This document shows, piece after piece, positions 40,784-50,273 of a stretch of 64,000 bases of DNA. The first letter of the stretch is position 1, and each line of letters opens with the position of its first letter. Source of the stretch: Bacillota bacterium (GTDB lineage: Bacteria; Bacillota; DTU025; MWDF01); assembly GCA_029565935.1 (NCBI GenBank), contig JAKQNF010000002.1, forward strand, positions 67,065-131,064, in the 5' to 3' direction. A program made the position numbers and the translations under genes. A model generated the notes under the pieces. That model ran no database searches and was not told the origin of the DNA. It worked only from the letters and a program-made list of their open reading frames with translations.

Positions 40784-41300
40784 GGCCATCATCTTCGCTT
40801 CCCCCGAGCCTGTGGACCAGGATGATCTGGCAAGCTTCGTCGGAGTGGACAAGAATACGATGAGCATGCTGCTGAAGGACATCGAAGAAGCCTACGACGC
40901 GCCTGATTCGGGGCTGAGGCTGGTTCGCATAGGCGAGGGGGTGGCGTTTACGACGCATCCTCCGCTCGCCGACGACATATCGGGCTATTTGGCCGCCATA
41001 AGGCATACATCGCTTACGGACGCCTCAATGGAGACGCTGGCGATAATCGCGTACAAGCAGCCTATCACCAAGGCCGAGATCGAGCAGGTAAGGGGTGTCG
41101 GGGCCGAATCGGCGCTCATCACTCTCGCACAAAGGGGCCTGATCACCGAGAAGGGCAGGAAGAGCGCACCGGGCCGGCCGATACTATACGGCACAACGAA
41201 GGAATTCCTGGTCTACATGGGACTCGCGGACCTCAAGTCGCTTCCCGGCCTTGAGGGGATCGACGATGCCGAGGGACCCAAGCTGCCGGGCTTAGAATAG
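40752..41300 (+). CDS. scpB: Segregation and condensation protein B
   Basis: ..ALIEAIIFASPEPV.. and ..LETLAIIAYKQPITKAEIEQVRGV.. are winged-helix ScpB motifs. Confidence 0.8.
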   Translation: MDLLRMKALIEAIIFASPEPVDQDDLASFVGVDKNTMSMLLKDIEEAYDAPDSGLRLVRIGEGVAFTTHPPLADDISGYLAAIRHTSLTDASMETLAIIAYKQPITKAEIEQVRGVGAESALITLAQRGLITEKGRKSAPGRPILYGTTKEFLVYMGLADLKSLPGLEGIDDAEGPKLPGLE

Positions 41301-41303
41301 AGA

Positions 41304-41348
41304 GTCGAGGACAAGAGGTCGAAAGACAAGAGGTCGAAAGACAAGAGG
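41304..41348 (+). repeat. 15-nt direct tandem repeat x3 (GTCGA[G/AA]GACAAGAG) in the leader of the RCK gene
   Basis: Read directly as gtcgaggacaagag / gtcgaaagacaagag / gtcgaaagacaagag. It lies between the scpB stop and the ATG at 41358. Each unit carries an SD-like AAGAGG. Confidence 0.7.
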
Positions 41349-41357
41349 TGTGTTTGG

Positions 41358-41999
41358 ATGGTTGTGGCAATAGTCGGACTGGGCGTGTTCGGTGTATCGA
41401 TGGCGCTTAAGCTGATCGACGAGGGCGCCGAGGTTTTCGCCATAGACAAGGAAGAGGAGAAGGTAAGGAAATACGCCAACTTCGTGACCCATGCAGTGGC
41501 CGCTGACGTTACCGACAGGGATGCCATGGAGAGCATCGGCATAAGGAATGCGGACGTAGCCGTGATAACCACGGCGTCGAACATCACCATGTCGGTGATG
41601 GGCACGATGATCCTCAAGGAGCTGGGTATACCCAATGTGATAGCGAAGGCGAAAGACGAGATGCACGGAAGGATCCTACAGGCCGTAGGGGCAAGCAGGG
41701 TAGTATATCCTGAAAAAGAGGCGGGGGAGAGGCTCGCTCATTCGATACTGTCCAACAATTTCATAGATCTAATAGAGCTGGATCCGAGGTTTTCGATACT
41801 GGAGATCAAGGCCCCCGAGAAGGTCGTCGGGCGTACTCTTAAGCAGATAGACGTGAGGGCGAAGTACGGCGTCAACATAGTGGCGGTGAAATCGGGCAGC
41901 AACTGGATACTGACGCCAGGGGCCAATGATATCATCAAGCAGAACGACATCCTCGTCGCCATAGGCTCTAACGAGGACTTGGAAAGGTTCAAGGAATGA
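41358..41999 (+). CDS. TrkA/KtrA-type RCK protein (K+ transport regulator; NAD-binding plus TrkA-C)
   Basis: The Rossmann motif VAIVGLGVFGVSMALKL is present. A C-terminal TrkA-C domain is present. It is 213 aa. No adjacent membrane subunit is present. Confidence 0.7.
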   Translation: MVVAIVGLGVFGVSMALKLIDEGAEVFAIDKEEEKVRKYANFVTHAVAADVTDRDAMESIGIRNADVAVITTASNITMSVMGTMILKELGIPNVIAKAKDEMHGRILQAVGASRVVYPEKEAGERLAHSILSNNFIDLIELDPRFSILEIKAPEKVVGRTLKQIDVRAKYGVNIVAVKSGSNWILTPGANDIIKQNDILVAIGSNEDLERFKE

Positions 42000-42709
42000 T
42001 GGGCGAGAGGATCGCAAAGTACCTAGCATCATGCGGGGTCGCCTCCAGACGTAAGTCGGAGGCGATCGTTGAAGATGGCAGGGTTACCCTGAACGGCTTA
42101 ACAGTCGTGGACCTTTCCACGAAAGTGATGCCGGGCGATGCCGTATCGCTGGACGGGAAGCCGGTGAAGCCTAAGGGCGGCTTCATATATATCATGCTCA
42201 ACAAGCCCCGCGGCTACCTTACCAGCGTCACTGATGACAGGGGAAGGGATACGGTCATGTCGCTCGTCGACGCGAAGGACCACAGGGTCTTCCCTGTCGG
42301 CAGGCTCGACCTTGATTCGGAAGGATTGATCCTCCTGACCGATGACGGCGACCTTGCATACAGGCTGATGCACCCGGGCAAGAACGTCGACAAGACCTAT
42401 TACGTTTCCTTAAGTAATCCTTTAAAAGAGGAAAACTTACATTTATTGCGAATAGGAATAATGTTGGAAGATGCCATGACCGCACCGGCGCAGGTCGAGC
42501 TCATGCACCCTTCGGGCCTCATCCTCCGAATCACGATCCACGAGGGCAGGAAAAGGCAAGTGAAGAGGATGATCGAAGCGGCGGGAAGCAAGGTCCTAAG
42601 CCTCAAGAGGGTGGCGATGGGAACCTTGAAGCTCGGAGGATTGAAGACCGGGGAATGGCGTTATCTGACTGAGGAAGAAAAAAGGGAGCTTGGTGTGACA
42701 CACGAGTAA
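41996..42709 (+). CDS. rluB: RNA pseudouridine synthase (RsuA/RluB family)
   Basis: An S4 domain (..RIAKYLASCGVASRRKSEAIVEDGRVTLNG..) is followed by a catalytic domain with the PVGRLDLDSEGLILLTDDGDLAYRL motif. Confidence 0.8.
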   Translation: MMGERIAKYLASCGVASRRKSEAIVEDGRVTLNGLTVVDLSTKVMPGDAVSLDGKPVKPKGGFIYIMLNKPRGYLTSVTDDRGRDTVMSLVDAKDHRVFPVGRLDLDSEGLILLTDDGDLAYRLMHPGKNVDKTYYVSLSNPLKEENLHLLRIGIMLEDAMTAPAQVELMHPSGLILRITIHEGRKRQVKRMIEAAGSKVLSLKRVAMGTLKLGGLKTGEWRYLTEEEKRELGVTHE

Positions 42710-42733
42710 CCCAGATGAAGGAAGGGTGAAAGT

Positions 42734-43096
42734 ATGAAGAGGCTAGCCAACCAGAACGGTTTTACTATCGTCGAGGTGATCGTAGCCGCTGTCATCCTCG
42801 TAGTGGTGGCCGTCGCCCTGCTCGGCCTGTATGGTAATAATTTCCGATGGATAGTGGGCGCAGGTTACAAGACGGAGGCAATCGATGCGGCGAAGTCCGA
42901 GATCGATGGGAAGATAGCGGTCGGAACCGCAGGGAACGTGGATTCCATCACGTTCTCCTTCGACGGGACCATCCCGGCAAAGATAGATGTGAGCCATACC
43001 GTCAAGGTCTTCGGCACGATCATCGACGGGATCGGTAACAGCACGACAGGGTCCGAGCAAATCGAGCTAAGGACGTTCATCCCCAAGAACCTGTAA
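42734..43096 (+). CDS. Type IV pilin / pseudopilin (prepilin-type N-terminal cleavage/methylation domain; ComGC/PilA-like)
   Basis: ..NQNG|FTIVEVIVAAVILVVVAVALLG is a class III signal with Phe at +1 and Glu at +5. It is 120 aa. Confidence 0.65.
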   Translation: MKRLANQNGFTIVEVIVAAVILVVVAVALLGLYGNNFRWIVGAGYKTEAIDAAKSEIDGKIAVGTAGNVDSITFSFDGTIPAKIDVSHTVKVFGTIIDGIGNSTTGSEQIELRTFIPKNL

Positions 43097-43113
43097 GGGA
43101 GGAGGCAGTCAAG

Positions 43114-43638
43114 GTGATCTTCAAGAAGCTCAAGAACGACAAGGGCGTGACCCTGGTCGAGTTGATATTGGTGATAGTCGTAGTGGGCTTCGTGATGGCC
43201 GCCGCCTTGTCATTCTTCCTGTTCGGCACAAGGACATTCACGCTGGGCAGCAACCAGGCAAGGGTCCAGCAGGAGGCGAGGCTCGCGACTACCATCGTCA
43301 GCCAGGACCTGAGGACTGCAATAAACGTAAGGGCCGAATACACGGGCGGAGCCCCAGCCACGGGGGAATTCATGGTCGAAAGGATCGGAGACGAGCCGCC
43401 GTATGCGCTAAGATATGTAAGGCCAAGCGGAAACCTCGAGACGGCCCACGTGTTCACTGACCTTTCGTTCGACGTGACGTATGACAGCACGGTGGAGAAA
43501 TATTTCGTGGTCTTCAGCGCCACCGGGGTCGAGAAGGACAGGGACTATACGATAAACAGCACGATGCTGCTGGAGAACAGCCAAGCATCGACTTTGATTC
43601 CGGGCGAAGACTATCTTCAGATAATCTTCGCGAAGTGA
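43114..43638 (+). CDS. Minor pilin / pseudopilin-like protein
   Basis: ..NDKG|VTLVELILVIVVVGFVMAAAL is a prepilin-like leader with Glu at +5. It is 174 aa with a GTG start. Confidence 0.55.
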   Translation: MIFKKLKNDKGVTLVELILVIVVVGFVMAAALSFFLFGTRTFTLGSNQARVQQEARLATTIVSQDLRTAINVRAEYTGGAPATGEFMVERIGDEPPYALRYVRPSGNLETAHVFTDLSFDVTYDSTVEKYFVVFSATGVEKDRDYTINSTMLLENSQASTLIPGEDYLQIIFAK

Positions 43639-43660
43639 CAATACAAGGAGGGGGGTTCCG

Positions 43661-44203
43661 ATGCGTAGCAGAATCAGGAGCCAGAAAGGCATAGCCCTTC
43701 CGTTAGTGCTCCTTTTCGTAATAGTGCTGATACTGCTCGGTTTCGGACTTTCGATCTTCGGCTATTATGAAGCCACTTCCGCGATCAGGGAAGAGCATAT
43801 CGCAAAGGCCTTCTACATAGCCAGGGGAAGCGTCGCGGCTTTAACCGACTATCTGACGAAGATCCCGGGCGACGTGACCGAGAACAACATCCAGGAGTAC
43901 CAGGAGGATGTCTCAATTTTCGTGGACGAGCTCGTATCCCACGGCATCAAGGGTTTCTATGAAGCCGGAGGGACGATAAGCTCAGAAGGACTTAGCAATT
44001 TCGTCATAACCGCCGAGTCATACAAGGATACGACCACCAAGACGGGCAAGTTGGAGCTGACTTCGGTCGGAACGTCGGGGAAGTTCTCCCACGAAGCTTC
44101 CATACAGTTGAAGTATCTGCTCGCAGAGTACAAGCCTTTCGGCCTGGTCGACTGCGCTGTTCACGAAATCCACGGCGAACGCCGACGAGAAGCTCAGCAA
44201 TGA
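43661..44203 (+). CDS. PilX/ComGG-like minor pilin-associated protein (N-terminal TM, no Glu at +5)
   Basis: ..RSQKG|IALPLVLLFVIVLILLGF.. It is 180 aa. It may continue in another frame into the next ORF. Confidence 0.5.
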   Translation: MRSRIRSQKGIALPLVLLFVIVLILLGFGLSIFGYYEATSAIREEHIAKAFYIARGSVAALTDYLTKIPGDVTENNIQEYQEDVSIFVDELVSHGIKGFYEAGGTISSEGLSNFVITAESYKDTTTKTGKLELTSVGTSGKFSHEASIQLKYLLAEYKPFGLVDCAVHEIHGERRREAQQ

Positions 44204-44210
44204 TTACAAG

Positions 44211-45068
44211 GTGGATGTAATAAAAGGGAAGATCGTGGCGTACAACGACCCTCTTGACCCTAATACCCCCAATGAGATCAAGAATGACATCCACGTGGAT
44301 CCGCTCGATACGAGTTGGCCGACCATATTGGCTGAGATGAGAAACTACAGGATACCCAGGAAGCTAGAGTTCACAGGGTCGGAGAAAGGGGCCGTGGAGA
44401 TCAACAGCGACACGGTATGGTCCAACAGCGCATCGAAGTCCGTCCCTACGATATATCATTGCAGCAGCCTGACGATAAAGAGCGGATCCTTGAGGTTCAA
44501 CAACCCAGGAGTCGTCTATCTGATCGTGGACAACGGCCTGGATATCAACGGGAAGATAGGGTGCACGGATACGTGCAATCAAAAGAGCAGCCCTGCAGTT
44601 CATAGTGCCGATTGCTGGCTGGGCAGGGTGAACATCATATACATGGGCAGCAATGACATAAAGATCGGCGGGAACGCCTATATCAGGGCCAATATAATAT
44701 CGCTCAGGGCCGACATATCGATGGACATCACGGCGATAGGAACGCCTACCTTGAGCGGCCATATCATAGCCGGGACCACCGGGACCATCACTTTCGGCGG
44801 CAACTTCGAGAACGCACCGTCGATGATATATGCGCCTAATGCGACGGTCATAGTGAAAGGTTCCGCTAACGTACCCGATTTCTACGGCTCTGTCATATGT
44901 GATGTGTTCAACCCAAACTCTCATTTCGAGCTGCGTTATGAGAGGATACCTCGTTCATCGCTGCCGATATGGTACGGAGCAGATGCGACCGGCTACCTGG
45001 ACGAGGAAGATAACCTGGGCAATGACGAGTACTACATAACGAACCTCATATCTGACAGGTGGCTGTAA
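44211..45068 (+). CDS. Hypothetical protein in the pilin operon (possible C-terminal part of the preceding gene after a frameshift)
   Basis: It is 285 aa from a GTG start. Its frame is open back to 44112 and reads ..STANADEKLSNDYKVDVIKGK.., which overlaps the end of the upstream ORF in a different frame. Confidence 0.35.
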   Translation: MDVIKGKIVAYNDPLDPNTPNEIKNDIHVDPLDTSWPTILAEMRNYRIPRKLEFTGSEKGAVEINSDTVWSNSASKSVPTIYHCSSLTIKSGSLRFNNPGVVYLIVDNGLDINGKIGCTDTCNQKSSPAVHSADCWLGRVNIIYMGSNDIKIGGNAYIRANIISLRADISMDITAIGTPTLSGHIIAGTTGTITFGGNFENAPSMIYAPNATVIVKGSANVPDFYGSVICDVFNPNSHFELRYERIPRSSLPIWYGADATGYLDEEDNLGNDEYYITNLISDRWL

Positions 45069-45141
45069 AGCAGCAAGATTCTATGCTTATGCTGTTTCAT
45101 GTAACTGCAAACGCTTCAAGTTCAAATAACTGTATGCTGCT

Positions 45142-45173
45142 TGCGGCCGGGAAAAATACCCGGCCGCATTTGT
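45142..45173 (+). terminator. Rho-independent terminator after the pilin-like operon
   Basis: GCGGCCGGG-AAAAATA-CCCGGCCGC is followed by ATTTGTT. Confidence 0.5.
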
Positions 45174-45233
45174 TGATTGGGCGTTTTTATGGTATTTTAT
45201 CCTTATAGCTATTCAATTGTGAAGGATTATTGG

Positions 45234-45920
45234 ATGCCTCTTAGAACCTCTATCGCCATTGACGGACCCGCCGGATCCGGCAAGAGCACAATCGCAAGGA
45301 TGCTTTCTGCGGCCACTGGCCTTCCCTATTTGAGCACGGGGGAGATGTACAGGGCCATAGCTTTATGCGTGCTAAGGGCCAAAATCGACCCGTATGACGG
45401 CGCTGCCGTGCGTAAATGTGCGGTAGATTCGAGGATAAGGGCCGTCCCCGACGGAAAGGGCGGCTTCAGGATCTTTTGCGGCGACGAGGACGTGACGGAT
45501 TTACTAAGGTCAGCGGAAGTGGGGAGGATATCCTCTCCGGTGGCGATCCATTTAGGCGTCAGGAAACTGATGGTCTCTTTACAAAGGGAGATAGCAGCTG
45601 CGAACGACGTCATCATGGATGGCAGGGACATAGGCACCGTCGTGCTTAAGGAATCCGAAAGGAAGATATACCTCGATGCGACGGTCGAGGAGAGGGCAAG
45701 AAGGCGCCTTCTTGATTTCAAGGGCATCGTTACCAGCTACGAGGAAGTGCTTAAGGACTTGAAGGAAAGGGATATGCGCGACAGCGGCCGCGAGGTGGAT
45801 CCTCTCAGGCCCGCAGACGGCGCTTTGATAATCGATACGACGCACATGTCGCCCCAACAGGTCGTGTATAAGATACTGGAGCGTTTTTGCATGAAGGCTG
45901 GAGGTGCAAGCGATGCTTAA
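45234..45920 (+). CDS. cmk: Cytidylate kinase
   Basis: IAIDGPAGSGKSTIARMLSAATGLPYLSTGEMYRA is the P-loop and CMP-kinase signature. The ORF-track start at 45177 is too early. Confidence 0.88.
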   Translation: MPLRTSIAIDGPAGSGKSTIARMLSAATGLPYLSTGEMYRAIALCVLRAKIDPYDGAAVRKCAVDSRIRAVPDGKGGFRIFCGDEDVTDLLRSAEVGRISSPVAIHLGVRKLMVSLQREIAAANDVIMDGRDIGTVVLKESERKIYLDATVEERARRRLLDFKGIVTSYEEVLKDLKERDMRDSGREVDPLRPADGALIIDTTHMSPQQVVYKILERFCMKAGGASDA

Positions 45921-46539
45921 CAGGCCTTTGGCGTTCGTGATTTGGGTCTACATACGTATCTTCCATAATTTCCGCTGCTTCGGAGCCGAGAAGGTCCCTT
46001 CCAGGGGTCCTGTGATAGTGGTGGCAAATCACGGCAGCTTCATAGACCCAGGACTGATCGCCTGGAACGTTAAGAGACCCCTTTTCTACATGGGCAAGGC
46101 GGAGCTGTTCAAGAACCCGGTATTGGCTTTCCTCCTCAGGTTGGTCAACACCTTCCCGGTTAAGCGCAACGGCGCCGACCGTGCCGCCATGAACCACTCC
46201 ATAAAGCTGCTAAGCGAGGGCAAGGGGCTCTGCGTATTCCCCGAAGGGACAAGGACGCTGGACGGCCGGATGGGGACCTTCAAATCAGGAGCGGCATACC
46301 TCGCACTAGTGACCGGCGCAACAATAGTGCCGGTGGCCCTTTTCGGCACCTATCAAGCCTATATGAAGGGGACCAAGAAGATCCATCTCGTACCGTTCAA
46401 GTCGGTGTTCGGCGATCCGATCGAGGTGGAGAAGGTGGACCAGCACGACATAGATGTGATACGTACGAGGTCCCAGGAGCTTACGGAACAAGTGAAGGCT
46501 GAAATACAGTCCATGTTGGACGGGGATAAGGAGGCCTAG
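45904..46539 (+). CDS. plsC: 1-acyl-sn-glycerol-3-phosphate acyltransferase
   Basis: The HxxxxD motif (VANHGSFIDP) and the FPEGTR motif are present. An alternative ATG lies at 45913. Confidence 0.75.
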   Translation: MQAMLNRPLAFVIWVYIRIFHNFRCFGAEKVPSRGPVIVVANHGSFIDPGLIAWNVKRPLFYMGKAELFKNPVLAFLLRLVNTFPVKRNGADRAAMNHSIKLLSEGKGLCVFPEGTRTLDGRMGTFKSGAAYLALVTGATIVPVALFGTYQAYMKGTKKIHLVPFKSVFGDPIEVEKVDQHDIDVIRTRSQELTEQVKAEIQSMLDGDKEA

Positions 46540-46540
46540 G

Positions 46541-47188
46541 ATGAAGCTGTTCATCGACACTGCCAATACCGAAGAGATAGTGATTACCGAGAACATGGGT
46601 ATAATCTGCGGCGTGACCACTAATCCCACCCTTCTGTCACGCGAAGGCCATAATCCTAGGGAGATGGCCTGCAAGATAGCCGACATAGTAAACGGGCCGG
46701 TCAGCTACGAAGCGGTCTCCACGGACGCCGACGGCATAGTCAGGGAGGGCAAGGAAATAGCGGCGATTGCCACCAACATGGTAGTCAAAGTAGCGATGAC
46801 CTCGGAGGGCCTGAAGGCCATCAAGCGCCTTTCCGAGCTGGGCATAAAGACGAACGCCACCTTGATATTCAACGAGAACCAGGCGCTTTTGGCCGCCAGG
46901 GCCGGGGCGACCTATGTGAGCATATTCATCGGAAGGCTTGTGGACAGGGGCGTCGACGCCATAGGCATAACCAGGAACATAAGGATGATTTTCGACACGA
47001 ACGATATCGAGGCCGAGATAATCGCTGCCTCGATAAGGAACACCGAACAGGTTACGCAATGTGCGCTTGCGGGCGCCCACATAGCTACCGTCCCGTACCG
47101 GGTGCTCACGGAGATGGTGGAACATCCTCTGACCACGGCGGGCATAGAGAAATTCATGGAGGACTGGAAGAAGGTATCCGAGAAGTAG
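46541..47188 (+). CDS. tal: Transaldolase / fructose-6-phosphate aldolase family (short form)
   Basis: [29 protein letters not shown]. It is 215 aa. Confidence 0.8.
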   Translation: MKLFIDTANTEEIVITENMGIICGVTTNPTLLSREGHNPREMACKIADIVNGPVSYEAVSTDADGIVREGKEIAAIATNMVVKVAMTSEGLKAIKRLSELGIKTNATLIFNENQALLAARAGATYVSIFIGRLVDRGVDAIGITRNIRMIFDTNDIEAEIIAASIRNTEQVTQCALAGAHIATVPYRVLTEMVEHPLTTAGIEKFMEDWKKVSEK

Positions 47189-49227
47189 TGGAAGTCGTAC
47201 TGGCAAGATCGGCAGGTTTCTGTGCCGGAGTAAGGCGTGCTGTGGAGATAGCCTCCGAAGCCGCGGCAAAGGCCCTCTCTGAGGGCCGCGGCTGTGCGAC
47301 ACTGGGACCTCTAATCCACAACGACGATATGATCAAGGACCTCGAGAAACGAGGACTTCAATCATTGAAGGACCTTTCCAGATCCACAGGCAAGGACATC
47401 GTCATCCCGTCGCACGGAACGTCGCGCGAAGTGCTGAATGATGCTCTGGACAGGGGACTTAAGGTAGTGGACGCAACATGCCCTCACGTGAACCGGCTCA
47501 AGAATGAGGCGGCAGGCTGGGAGGCCGAAGGCGGGACGGTCGTGATAGTCGGGGACCGGAAGCATCCCGAGATATCGGGAGTGGCCTCATACCTTAGGGA
47601 TCCGATAATATCCGAGGATCCGCAGGAGATACTAAAGGCTACGGAGATAAGGCCCGGTGCGAGATTCTTGGTACTAGCGCAGACGACGCAGGTGCCAGAA
47701 TTCATCAAAAGCGTGTTCGAGGGGATCAAGAACTTAGGACGTGACGTAACGTATAGGAATACCGTCTGCCCGGCCACGATGGAACGCCAGGAAGAAACAA
47801 GGCGGCTGGCGGGCAAGGTGGACGCCATGATCATAATCGGAGGTCCGAAGAGTGCGAACACGAAGAGGCTGGAGGAGATCGCAAGGGCTTCGGGCAGGCC
47901 GACTTACAGGGTCGCGAACTTGTCAGAGCTGGATGTTGGCAGCATCAGCGCGGCGGGTTACGATAGGATAGGGATCACAGCGGGGGCATCGACCCCAGAT
48001 GGCATAATCAAGGAGGTAGTCAAGGCAATGGCAGAGCTAGGCGAGGAGAAGGAAATGACCATGGCGGAGCTGGAGCAGCTCTATTCCGAAAAGAAGGAGG
48101 CAGCGCCCGTCAAGAAGGACCTGCAGGTGGTCACCGGCAAGGTGACGCTTGTCACGGACGACGAGGTGCTGGCGGACGTAGGGCAAGGCGCGGATGTTCA
48201 CGTATCCAAGGACCAGCTAACCTTCTCTAAGTCTGTAATGCCGGGACAGCTGTTCCAACCCGGGGACGAGATAACGGTCGCGCTGGAGGATTATGATGCA
48301 CAGAAGGACGTGCAGTACGCATCGAAGGTAAAGGCCGACGCCATCACGGCGTGGGAAAAAGCGAAGGGCGCATTCGAATCTGGAAGCCCCGTTGAAGGAG
48401 TAATAGTGGAGGCCGTAAAGGCCGGCGTGGTAGTAGACCTCGGATTGAGGGCTTTCATGCCAGCTTCCCAAATCGGCAAGCGCATCGAGGACCTCGGTAC
48501 CTTGGTAGGGGATAAAGTCCGCGTCAAGATCATCGAGCTCGAGGAAAACAGGAAGGGCGCGGTGGTTTCCGCAAGGGCTCTGCTCGAGGAGGAAACGGCC
48601 AAGCAAAGGAAGGAGAACTTCGCCAAGGTACAAGTAGGGGCGATCCTGCAGGGTGTTGTAAGGAAGATAATGCCTTTCGGCGCTTTCATAAATCTGTTCC
48701 CGGGAGTCGACGGCCTGCTTCATGTATCCGAGATATCCTGGCAGAGGGTCGGAAACCCGTCCGAGGTTCTCAACGAAGGGATGAACGTAGAGGTAAAGGT
48801 GATCGCGATAGACGAGGCCAAGGAAAAGATTTCGTTAAGCATGAAACAGCTCAGCGAGAAACCTCGTTTTAAGACTATGGCGGTGGACCTCGAAGAGGGC
48901 GGCATATACAGCGGAACCGTAGTCAAGCTGATGAGCTTCGGAGCTTTCGTGAGGCTTGAGGGCGGCGCGGAAGGGCTCGTGCACGTTTCCCAGATATCGG
49001 ACAGCCGGGTCCAGTCCCCCGAGGACGTACTTTCCGTGGGCCAGGAAGTAAAAGTGAAGGTCCTTTCGGTGAACCAGGAGAACGGCAGGATCAGCCTGTC
49101 GATCAAAGAAGCGGCTGACCGGGCAGAGAGGGAGAAGTACGAAGACTACATGAAATCCGCCGAAGAAGACTTCAAGATCACGATCGCCGACAGGATAAGG
49201 ATAAAGCAGCAGAGCGAAAAACGCTAA
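47188..49227 (+). CDS. ispH: Fusion protein: 4-hydroxy-3-methylbut-2-enyl diphosphate reductase (IspH) N-terminal domain plus ribosomal protein S1-like C-terminal domain (four S1 repeats)
   Basis: A GTG at 47188 overlaps the tal stop. The N-terminus is [22 protein letters not shown]. The IspH Cys and His motifs are ..HNDDMI.., ..ATCPHV.., ..NTVCPAT.. A C-terminal half holds four S1 domains (..[16 protein letters not shown]..; ..[29 protein letters not shown]..). It lies after cmk-plsC as the B. subtilis rpsA homologue does. Confidence 0.85.
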   Translation: MEVVLARSAGFCAGVRRAVEIASEAAAKALSEGRGCATLGPLIHNDDMIKDLEKRGLQSLKDLSRSTGKDIVIPSHGTSREVLNDALDRGLKVVDATCPHVNRLKNEAAGWEAEGGTVVIVGDRKHPEISGVASYLRDPIISEDPQEILKATEIRPGARFLVLAQTTQVPEFIKSVFEGIKNLGRDVTYRNTVCPATMERQEETRRLAGKVDAMIIIGGPKSANTKRLEEIARASGRPTYRVANLSELDVGSISAAGYDRIGITAGASTPDGIIKEVVKAMAELGEEKEMTMAELEQLYSEKKEAAPVKKDLQVVTGKVTLVTDDEVLADVGQGADVHVSKDQLTFSKSVMPGQLFQPGDEITVALEDYDAQKDVQYASKVKADAITAWEKAKGAFESGSPVEGVIVEAVKAGVVVDLGLRAFMPASQIGKRIEDLGTLVGDKVRVKIIELEENRKGAVVSARALLEEETAKQRKENFAKVQVGAILQGVVRKIMPFGAFINLFPGVDGLLHVSEISWQRVGNPSEVLNEGMNVEVKVIAIDEAKEKISLSMKQLSEKPRFKTMAVDLEEGGIYSGTVVKLMSFGAFVRLEGGAEGLVHVSQISDSRVQSPEDVLSVGQEVKVKVLSVNQENGRISLSIKEAADRAEREKYEDYMKSAEEDFKITIADRIRIKQQSEKR

Positions 49228-49303
49228 AGTATACTTATGACCGCCGATAAAGTATAATATCTATGTTTATCCAGTATAAGTGGTAGTGAAAGGGGCTTGA
49301 CCT

Positions 49304-50206
49304 ATGGACAATCGAGTTAAGAAATCCTATATCTTGTTGGCCTCGGTGGTGGCGGTTATCATAATCGCAGCAGCGGCTTGGGTCATCTTCAGCAAAGGTA
49401 CTGCGGTGGCGATGGTCAACGGAGAGAGGATAACCAGGAAGGCCTTCCTTGACAAGCTTGAGAACCAAGCAGGAACGCAGATACTCCAGGAGATGATAAA
49501 CGAGACGCTTCTGGCCCAAGAAGCCAAGAAGGCCGGTGTTTCCATAACCCAAGAGCGCGTTGACGAGGAGCTGGCGAAGGTGAAGACCAACCTCGGCGAC
49601 CAGTATGATTATGTGCTGAGCATGTACGGCATGACCGAGGCGAGCCTGCGCACCACCTTGGAACAGAACCTCCTCGCATTTGAGATATCGACCAAGGACA
49701 TAGTAGTCACCGAGGATCAGATTGCCGCCGATTACAAGGCCAATCCCGATTACTACCTGGAGCCCGCCCAGGTGAGGGCGAGCCATATCCTGGTTAGGAC
49801 CAAGGAAGAGGCCCAGGCGATCCTGGACGAGCTCAAGAAGGGCGCGGATTTCGTCGAGCTAGCAAAGACGAAGTCGATCGATACCGGCACCGCTGCGAAC
49901 GGCGGAGACCTCGGTTTCTTCGCCTCGGGCGCAATGACGGAGGCTTTCGAGACCGCGGCGTTCAAGCTCAACGTAGGACAGCTTTCACCGATAGTGGAGA
50001 CTGAGTATGGCTTCCATGTAATCCTCTGCACGGACAAGAAGGCGGAGAAGATGCCCACGCTAGAGGAAGCTCATGATCTGATAATCGAGAAGATCAAGGG
50101 TGAGCAGGCAAAGAACATCGACACACTGCTCCTTGAGATCAAGGATAAATCAACGGTGACCGTGACCGACAGCAAGTACGAATCGCTGAACGTCACGCAC
50201 GAGTAA
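49304..50206 (+). CDS. Parvulin-type peptidyl-prolyl isomerase (PrsA/SurA-like) with N-terminal membrane anchor
   Basis: An N-terminal TM helix is present. A SurA-N-like region is present. A PpiC domain (..ASHILVRTKEEAQAILDELKKGADFVELAKTKSIDTGTAANGGDLGFF..) is present. Confidence 0.7.
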   Translation: MDNRVKKSYILLASVVAVIIIAAAAWVIFSKGTAVAMVNGERITRKAFLDKLENQAGTQILQEMINETLLAQEAKKAGVSITQERVDEELAKVKTNLGDQYDYVLSMYGMTEASLRTTLEQNLLAFEISTKDIVVTEDQIAADYKANPDYYLEPAQVRASHILVRTKEEAQAILDELKKGADFVELAKTKSIDTGTAANGGDLGFFASGAMTEAFETAAFKLNVGQLSPIVETEYGFHVILCTDKKAEKMPTLEEAHDLIIEKIKGEQAKNIDTLLLEIKDKSTVTVTDSKYESLNVTHE

Positions 50207-50222
50207 AGTCGAGCCCTCTTTA

Positions 50223-50262
50223 CGGAGAAAAGCCTTCTTATAGGGGCTTTTCTCCGTTTTTT
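50223..50262 (+). terminator. Rho-independent terminator after the parvulin gene
   Basis: CGGAGAAAAGCC-loop-GGGCTTTTCTCCG is followed by TTTTTT. Confidence 0.5.
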
Positions 50263-50273
50263 AATTAGGTGGG

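Noticed and set aside
49228-49303. Three AGTATA(A/C) hexamers spaced about 22-25 nt apart upstream of the parvulin gene
   Set aside because: They are too short and degenerate to call a repeat or operator, and they are likely ordinary AT-rich promoter sequence.
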